A stretch of DNA of 45,109 nucleotides, from assembly GCA_031422435.1 (NCBI GenBank), contig JANPLU010000096.1:1-45109 (forward strand), given 5' to 3'. Shown piece after piece: positions 39,633-45,109 of this stretch (its first letter is position 1; every line of letters starts with the position of its first letter). Source of the stretch: Acaryochloridaceae cyanobacterium VAR_48_metabat_390 (lineage in GTDB: Bacteria > Cyanobacteriota > Cyanobacteriia > Thermosynechococcales > Thermosynechococcaceae). The notes beneath the pieces were generated by a model. That model worked only from the letters and a program-made list of their open reading frames with translations, was not told the origin of the DNA and made no database searches. Made by a program: the position numbers and the translations under genes.

Positions 39633-39793
39633 CTTAAGGGTAAGTTAAATGGGGATTGCGTCTGCCCTGAAATCAGAAAAGTACTGGATGAATAGTTTAT
39701 TCTGTAGAAACTACGTCAAGCATTCAAGATATGGCATCAATCCGCCATTTAGCTTGTTGACCCACGCCATGTTTTTGAGAGAATCTGAAGCTT

Positions 39794-40204
39794 ATGAAGC
39801 GTTTTTTTGCTTTTTTTCTGAGTATTGCCCTATCAGCCTCTTTATTGCTGACCAGTTGCTCTAGCGCCACACCCACGGGTTTAAGCGGTAACTATGGTCA
39901 AGATACCTTAGCACTCATTACCAGCCTGCGCACGGCCATTGAGCTACCGGAAGGCACCGCAGAAAAGTCTGCGGCACAATCTGACGCAAGGTCTAAGATT
40001 AGCGATTTTATTTCGCAGTATCGTCGTAAGTCGTCGGTGGCTAGTCTTAGCTCGTTTATGACGATGACGACCGCCCTTAATGGGTTGGCGGGGCACTACA
40101 GCTCGTACCCCAACCGTCCTCTTCCAGAAAAGCTCAAAAAGCGTCTGGAGCAAGAATTCAAGATGGTGGAAGGTTCGTTAGATCGCGAAACTCCCGCTGT
40201 TTAA
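39794..40204 (+). CDS. psb27: Photosystem II assembly lipoprotein Psb27
   Basis: Lipobox LTSC, LSGNYGQDTL, SFMTMTTALNGLAGHYSSYPNRPLPEKLKKRL. Confidence 0.96.
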   Translation: MKRFFAFFLSIALSASLLLTSCSSATPTGLSGNYGQDTLALITSLRTAIELPEGTAEKSAAQSDARSKISDFISQYRRKSSVASLSSFMTMTTALNGLAGHYSSYPNRPLPEKLKKRLEQEFKMVEGSLDRETPAV

Positions 40205-40222
40205 AAGTTTTAGTTTACAGAT

Positions 40223-40260
40223 CTCCGTCTTCAGCCCATCGCGGCATGGGGACGGAGTTT
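40223..40260 (+). terminator. Terminator-like hairpin after psb27
   Basis: CTCCGTC..GACGGAG-TTT. Confidence 0.55.
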
Positions 40261-40303
40261 CGTTTATGAAGCGACGAACCCTCAGTTTGTAGGAAACCTG
40301 TCT

Positions 40304-40468
40304 ATGTTCGGTTTAGGTTGGCCTGAAGTTGTCATTATTCTTGGCGTGGCGGTGCTGATTTTTGGCCCAAAGCGACTGCCCGAGATTGGGGGGGCGATCG
40401 CCAAAGCCCTACGCGGCGCAAAGGAAGAAATGCAGGATAAAGGCGAGGATGACAATCCTTCTGCCTAA
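40304..40468 (+). CDS. tatA: TatA/TatB-family twin-arginine translocase subunit, 54 aa (not in the ORF track)
   Basis: Manual translation: MFGLGWPEVVIILGVAVLIFGPKRLPEIGGAIAKALRGAKEEMQDKGEDDNPSA. Confidence 0.9.
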   Translation: MFGLGWPEVVIILGVAVLIFGPKRLPEIGGAIAKALRGAKEEMQDKGEDDNPSA

Positions 40469-40478
40469 GCCAGTTGAC

Positions 40479-40868
40479 CTAGAGCGAAAATATAGAGACA
40501 TCATACTGAGTTAGCATTGCGTCCGCGCTCACAATCGTCATGTCATCAACCTGAGCTTGGGCAACCAACATTCGGTCAAAGGGATCTCGATGGTGCATCG
40601 GTAGTGCCGCTGCTCGCATTGCATGGGCAGCACAAATCTCTAGTGATTTTGCTCCCAACTGCGCCATTCGACTGGGGATATAGCGCTCAGCAGATTCCGG
40701 CAACGGGAGTTTGCCCAAGGCAACCTTGATGCCAACTTCCCAGATGCTGGCGACTGAAAACCATAGCTCATTACGTTCATCGGTAATATGGGCGATCGCC
40801 TTCTCAGACAGTCGTTCGGGTTCAGCGAACCACCATAAAAAACATTGAGTATCGAGTAAAAGCTTCAC
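40479..40868 (-). CDS. vapC: PIN-domain (VapC-family) toxin
   Basis: LLLDTQCFLW, SVASIWE, HRDPFDRMLVAQA, VSAD. Confidence 0.93.
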   Translation of the reverse strand: MKLLLDTQCFLWWFAEPERLSEKAIAHITDERNELWFSVASIWEVGIKVALGKLPLPESAERYIPSRMAQLGAKSLEICAAHAMRAAALPMHHRDPFDRMLVAQAQVDDMTIVSADAMLTQYDVSIFSL

Positions 40869-41110
40869 GCCTCACCACCTTCAAAGCCTGCCAAAATATC
40901 GTCTGGCAAAGGATCATTAAAGTTCTCAGGCACTACAAAACGTCCTCGGTCTTGCCCTAAACTAGCCCGTCGATGAGAAGCATCATGAAACGGAATCAGC
41001 TTAGCGACCGGAACCCCTCGATTTGCAATAATAATCTCTTCGCCCATCTCCACATCAGATAGCAGCTTCGAGAGATTCGTTTTAGCTTGATGAACATTGA
41101 TTGTTCGCAT
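40865..41110 (-). CDS. Phd/YefM-family antitoxin
   Basis: INVHQAKTNLSKLL..GEEIIIANRGVPVAKLIP; 4-nt overlap with the toxin gene. Confidence 0.93.
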   Translation of the reverse strand: MRTINVHQAKTNLSKLLSDVEMGEEIIIANRGVPVAKLIPFHDASHRRASLGQDRGRFVVPENFNDPLPDDILAGFEGGEA

Positions 41111-41118
41111 GGGCTTAA

Positions 41119-41142
41119 AGACTTAGGTTACAGACTAAGTCT
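41119..41142. promoter_or_regulatory. Likely TA autoregulatory operator
   Basis: AGACTTAG-N8-CTAAGTCT inverted repeat just upstream of the antitoxin start. Confidence 0.55.
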
Positions 41143-41223
41143 AGTTTATGGAGCAAAAGCTTGCAAAGATGAAGCAGGTAGGCAAAATTTATCTGTGCAA
41201 AGGGCTGCGGCTCCAAACTCAGA

Positions 41224-41260
41224 AAAAAGCCTGAATCGGAAAATCCGATTCAGGCTTTTT
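41224..41260. terminator. Intrinsic terminator after htpG
   Basis: AAAAAGCCTGAATCGGA-AAA-TCCGATTCAGGCTTTTT. Confidence 0.88.
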
Positions 41261-41287
41261 CAGAAATTGATTAAAACAGACGATCGC

Positions 41288-43243
41288 CTAACGTGCCGCT
41301 AACTCCGTCAATCGAGTCAACACCTGATTAGATCGCTCCGTAAAGGACTTCATCCCTTCCGCGTCAAAGCCCTTTTGAGCCATCAGCGCGAGATCGTAGA
41401 CATACTCACAGATTTGGTTTGCCAACTCTGCCGATGGGGAAGTTCCAGATCCACTAATGACGCTGCCCTGGCTGATATTGACCAGATTTTGAATTAGGGG
41501 GTGAGACGTATTCACTAGCAGCGTATGTTCTTCAGGGAACTGCATCTGCTGCTGCTGCATCATCGCCATTAGCTCCTGCATTCGTCGGGCAGATTCTGGC
41601 AGCAGAATCATGGCAGGGGGTGCGCCTTGTCCACTATCGGCCTTTAATGCCTCGGTACGGATGGTAATTTTAGGCTTGTTGAGCGCCTGTTCAAAAAGCT
41701 GCTTGATGCCTTCGCTGCGGGTTTGGTTGGTTTTTGGGTCAACAATCTCTGCTGCCTGATCTTTATCAATCAGGGTTTCATCTAGGTCAGAATCAACGCG
41801 AGAGAACTTCACGTCCGAGTATTCACGCTCTAGAAATGGGACAAAGTGCGTGTCAATAAAAGCATCCATAAACAGCACTTCTAAGCCCTGTTTTTTGTGC
41901 AGCTCAACGTAGGTAGACTGATTGACCTCGTCGTTGCAGTAGTAAATTTTGTTCTCGTGGGTGGCTTTGTTGCGCTCTAAGTAATCTTTGATGGTGGTGT
42001 AAGAACCCAGAGTAGCGGCAGACTTATCTGCACTCCAAGCGTCATCGCCTTCGGGGGCTTCGGTCTGAGCTGTGCTTAAATCAGCGGTGCTGCGGAAGAT
42101 CAGAATATCTTCAACCTGCTTTTTGAATTTGTCGTCGTTAAGAGAGCCGAACTTAACGAAGGTGCCGAGGTCTTGCCAGCAGCGGATGTACTCTTCACGG
42201 TCGTCGCGGTAGAGTTCCTTGAGGCGATCGCCCACCTTCTTCGCAATATGATTCGCAATCTGACGGACGGTGCGGTCAGCCTGCAAAAAGCTGCGAGACA
42301 CGTTGAGGGGGATATCGGAGCTGTCAATCACCCCGCGCAGCGGCATCAAAAACTGAGGAATCACTTCTTCGCAGTTGTCGCTGACAAATACCTGATTGCA
42401 GAAGAGCTTGATTTGGCCTTTCGTGACGTCAATATCAGGCTTGATTTTGGGGAAGTAAAGAATGCCATTGACTACAAAGGGGTAGTCAGTATTGACATGA
42501 ACCCACAACAGCGGCTCTTCTTGAAACGGGTAAAGGTACTGGTAAAACTCTAAATAGTCTTCTTTGGTGAGGTTACTGGGCGATTCTTTCCAGGGGGCTT
42601 TCTGCTTATTGATTTGCTCATCGCCAAGCTTAATGCAGACCGGAAGAAAGTCGCAATAGGTTTTAACCAATTGCTTAATGCGTTCTTCTTCGAGGTACTC
42701 AAGCTCTTCATCTTGGAAGGTTAGCGTAATGGTGGTACCACGCTCGGCTTTGTCAGAAGACTCTAGAGAAAAGGACGTACTGCCGTCGCAAGACCAGTGA
42801 ACGGCTTCTGCACCTTCTTGGTAAGACAGAGTTTCAATCTCGACCTGTTTTGCCACCATGAAGGAGGAGTAAAAGCCCAGACCAAAGTGACCGATGATGT
42901 TTTGGTCGTTGTTAGACGTATATTTCTGGACAAATTCTTCGGCGCTGGAAAAAGCGACCTGGTTAATATATTTTTTAACTTCATCAGCGGTCATGCCAAT
43001 GCCGTTGTCTGTAATAGAAAGCTGCTTTTTCTCTTTGTCAAGCGCTAACGTAATTTGTGGCTCCCCCACGTCCCCGGAGTATTCGCCAGAGAAGGAAACC
43101 ATTTTCATTTTTTGAATGGCATCCACCCCGTTGGAAATCAGTTCCCGCAGGAAAATGTCGTGATCGGAGTAGAGCCACTTCTTGATGATGGGGAAGATGT
43201 TCTCGGTATGAATCGAGATGGTGCCCTGTTCTGCGATCGCCAT
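41288..43243 (-). CDS. htpG: Hsp90-family chaperone
   Basis: IFLRELISNGVDA, DNGIGMT, IGHFGLGFYSSFMVA, RGTTITL, DIPLNVSRS. Confidence 0.98.
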   Translation of the reverse strand: MAIAEQGTISIHTENIFPIIKKWLYSDHDIFLRELISNGVDAIQKMKMVSFSGEYSGDVGEPQITLALDKEKKQLSITDNGIGMTADEVKKYINQVAFSSAEEFVQKYTSNNDQNIIGHFGLGFYSSFMVAKQVEIETLSYQEGAEAVHWSCDGSTSFSLESSDKAERGTTITLTFQDEELEYLEEERIKQLVKTYCDFLPVCIKLGDEQINKQKAPWKESPSNLTKEDYLEFYQYLYPFQEEPLLWVHVNTDYPFVVNGILYFPKIKPDIDVTKGQIKLFCNQVFVSDNCEEVIPQFLMPLRGVIDSSDIPLNVSRSFLQADRTVRQIANHIAKKVGDRLKELYRDDREEYIRCWQDLGTFVKFGSLNDDKFKKQVEDILIFRSTADLSTAQTEAPEGDDAWSADKSAATLGSYTTIKDYLERNKATHENKIYYCNDEVNQSTYVELHKKQGLEVLFMDAFIDTHFVPFLEREYSDVKFSRVDSDLDETLIDKDQAAEIVDPKTNQTRSEGIKQLFEQALNKPKITIRTEALKADSGQGAPPAMILLPESARRMQELMAMMQQQQMQFPEEHTLLVNTSHPLIQNLVNISQGSVISGSGTSPSAELANQICEYVYDLALMAQKGFDAEGMKSFTERSNQVLTRLTELAAR

Positions 43244-43417
43244 AGTGATGTCCAGACTCTAAATAATAGTTATGGTTTACTTGCCATTCTCATAGAGGGA
43301 GGGTACGGTTGCCAAGATGGGACGGTGGTGCGATCTCCGTCACTTCACCATTCGGATTTCCGAACCTACACCATTTGGGGTTTGCCGAAAAATAAAAGGC
43401 AGTTCAGGAAAGCTTGG

Positions 43418-44848
43418 CTAAATACGAATGCCTTCTAGCTGCTCATCTGCCACATCGTACAAGGCACGTAGCTCCCGCAATTTTTCTTCATCGGGCTGCC
43501 AGAACCCGCGACCATTGGCTTCTAGCATACGCCCCACAATATTGCGAAACGCTTCAGGGTTGGCCTTGCGAAGTTTTTCTGCCATCTCACTATTTAAAGC
43601 ATAGGTATCGGCGGCCTGGTCATAGACCCAATCTTCTTGGAAATCTGCCGTCCCGCCCCAGCCAATCAGTGCCGTCATTCGCTGAGAAATTTCATAGGCA
43701 CCGCCAGATCCTTGCGCTGCCATTGCATTTGCCCATTTGGGATTGAGCAATTTGGTACGGTACTCCATCCGCAGTAGTTCTTCTAACTTTCGTGGCGCTG
43801 TATCTTTAGAAAAACTTTCTACAAAGCTGGCGGTAACGCTTTGGTTTTGCTGCTGCTCCGCTGCTTTTTTGAGCGCTCCGGTATTGGCGTAGTATTCCTG
43901 AATATCAGTCAGGCCATACTCCACAGAATCAATCTGTTGCACAATGCGACCCGTGCTTTTGAGCAGCGTGTCTAAAATTTCAGGACGGGCTTTTCCTTTT
44001 TCGTTGCGTCCATAACTAAAAGCGTTGCGGCTTTTCCAGGTGTCTCCCAGCTCCTCGCCTGTTTCCCAACTAGAATCCGTGACCCGATCGTTCACTAAAG
44101 AGCCAAATTCGCCCGATGGATTTGAGAATAGTCTGGCTGAAGAGTTTTCAACGCCTTGAGCTTTAAGAGATAGCGCATGTTTGCGGATGAAATTTTGATC
44201 TTCCGGCTCATCGGCATCGGCGGCACGCTGAAAAAGGTCGTCTAGTAGCTCAATAATGTTCACGAAACTATCGCGGAAAATGCCCGATAGGTTTGCTAAT
44301 ACGTCAATGCGAGGGCGACCCAGCTCTGCTAGGGGCTTTAGCTCATACCGGACGATGCGACCTGTCCCTTCTTTAAGGGGTTGGGCACCTACTAGCTCTA
44401 GTAAAATGCCTAAAGATTCGCCTTTGGTTTTAATGGCATCTAAGCCCCACAGCATCACGGCGATCGTTTCGGGGTAGGTGCCGTGATGCTCTTGCAGATG
44501 CTGGGCAATGAGCTGCTGGGCAATTTGGCGACCGCGCTCGTAAGCCGCAGGGGAGGGCATTCGATAGGGGTCTAGCGCGTGGATATTGCGACCTGTGGGG
44601 AGTACGCCAGGGCCATCGCGCAGTAGGTCGCCCCCAGGTGCGGGCGGAATGTATTCGCCATTGAGTCCGCGCAGGAGGTTAGTGAGTTCGTCGGTGGTTT
44701 GGGTGAGGAGATCTCGAATGGCGATCGCCTCTTCCAATCTCTCTGACAACTGTGGGTCAATCCGCAACTTTAAGCCTGGGTGTTCGTGACGAAATTGGGT
44801 GTGGAATGCGGCTAAGGCATCGGTGTGGCTTTGACCTTGGGTGATCGC
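43418..44848 (-). CDS. bchH: C-terminal ~475 aa of a Mg-chelatase H subunit (BchH-like paralogue; N-terminal part missing)
   Basis: PGGDLLRDGPGVLPTGRNIHALDP, YPETIAVMLWGLDAIK, LGRPRIDV, SGIFRD, RTKLLNPKW, RMLEANGRGFW. Confidence 0.9.
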   Translation of the reverse strand, partial: AITQGQSHTDALAAFHTQFRHEHPGLKLRIDPQLSERLEEAIAIRDLLTQTTDELTNLLRGLNGEYIPPAPGGDLLRDGPGVLPTGRNIHALDPYRMPSPAAYERGRQIAQQLIAQHLQEHHGTYPETIAVMLWGLDAIKTKGESLGILLELVGAQPLKEGTGRIVRYELKPLAELGRPRIDVLANLSGIFRDSFVNIIELLDDLFQRAADADEPEDQNFIRKHALSLKAQGVENSSARLFSNPSGEFGSLVNDRVTDSSWETGEELGDTWKSRNAFSYGRNEKGKARPEILDTLLKSTGRIVQQIDSVEYGLTDIQEYYANTGALKKAAEQQQNQSVTASFVESFSKDTAPRKLEELLRMEYRTKLLNPKWANAMAAQGSGGAYEISQRMTALIGWGGTADFQEDWVYDQAADTYALNSEMAEKLRKANPEAFRNIVGRMLEANGRGFWQPDEEKLRELRALYDVADEQLEGIRI

Positions 44849-45109
44849 CTCCAGCGGAGCGAGTGCGCGATAGACCAAGGGAAAATCGAGATCAACGCCT
44901 GCTTCGACGCACTGGGTGGAAATCAAGCGGCATGTTTCCCCATACTTGAGACGTTTCCGTACTCGATTCAAGACAGCTCGCCGGTGTTCGGCGCACAAGT
45001 TGGTGGAGAGATAGACCACGCTTTCCGTCCCGGTCAGTTCATTCAGGAGAATGAGGGCGTGGCGTTTAAGGTTAACCACTACCAGTGCCTGATCCACGTC
45101 TCGCAATTC
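44843..45109 (-). CDS. cas3: Fragment of the CRISPR-associated helicase Cas3 (helicase C domain), fused in frame to bchH; open off the right edge
   Basis: QALVVVNLKRHA, YLSTNLCAEHRRAVL..VRKRL, RLISTQCVEAGVDLDFPLVYRALAPLEAI. Stops just before the expected QAAGRCNR motif VI. Confidence 0.85.

Noticed and set aside
1..45109. CRISPR array or cas operon accompanying the cas3 fragment
   Set aside because: I saw no regularly spaced repeat-spacer series in any intergenic region and no other cas-like ORF.

Overview
A cyanobacterial chromosomal segment: the HIP1 octamer GCGATCGC is frequent, and psb27, ndhM and a cyAbrB2-type gene are present. It is mostly housekeeping: nirB (truncated by the left edge), guaA, rnz, a pstSCAB operon plus a divergent second pstB, aroA, ndhM, monomeric icd, rnc, rnpB, tilS, cbiD, psb27, a tatA/B-family gene and htpG. 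Small accessory patches include a kinase/regulator pair, MITEs, an ECF sigma/anti-sigma/CHRD cassette, a Fic pseudogene, a decayed RAYT with REPs, a pentapeptide gene, a TauD-HAD pair and a vapBC-type TA pair. The most striking feature is at the right edge: a Cas3 helicase fragment is joined in frame to the C-terminal ~470 aa of a BchH/ChlH-like Mg-chelatase subunit at a HIP1-like GCGATC site. This is either HIP1-mediated recombination or, more likely, an assembly chimera. No CRISPR array or other cas gene was seen. Other leads are a multi-stem leader upstream of an NADH-type nirB, a half-size SLH porin, and a pentapeptide gene that may be a relic of an antisense-nested gene. All calls come from reading motifs by eye; no searches were run.
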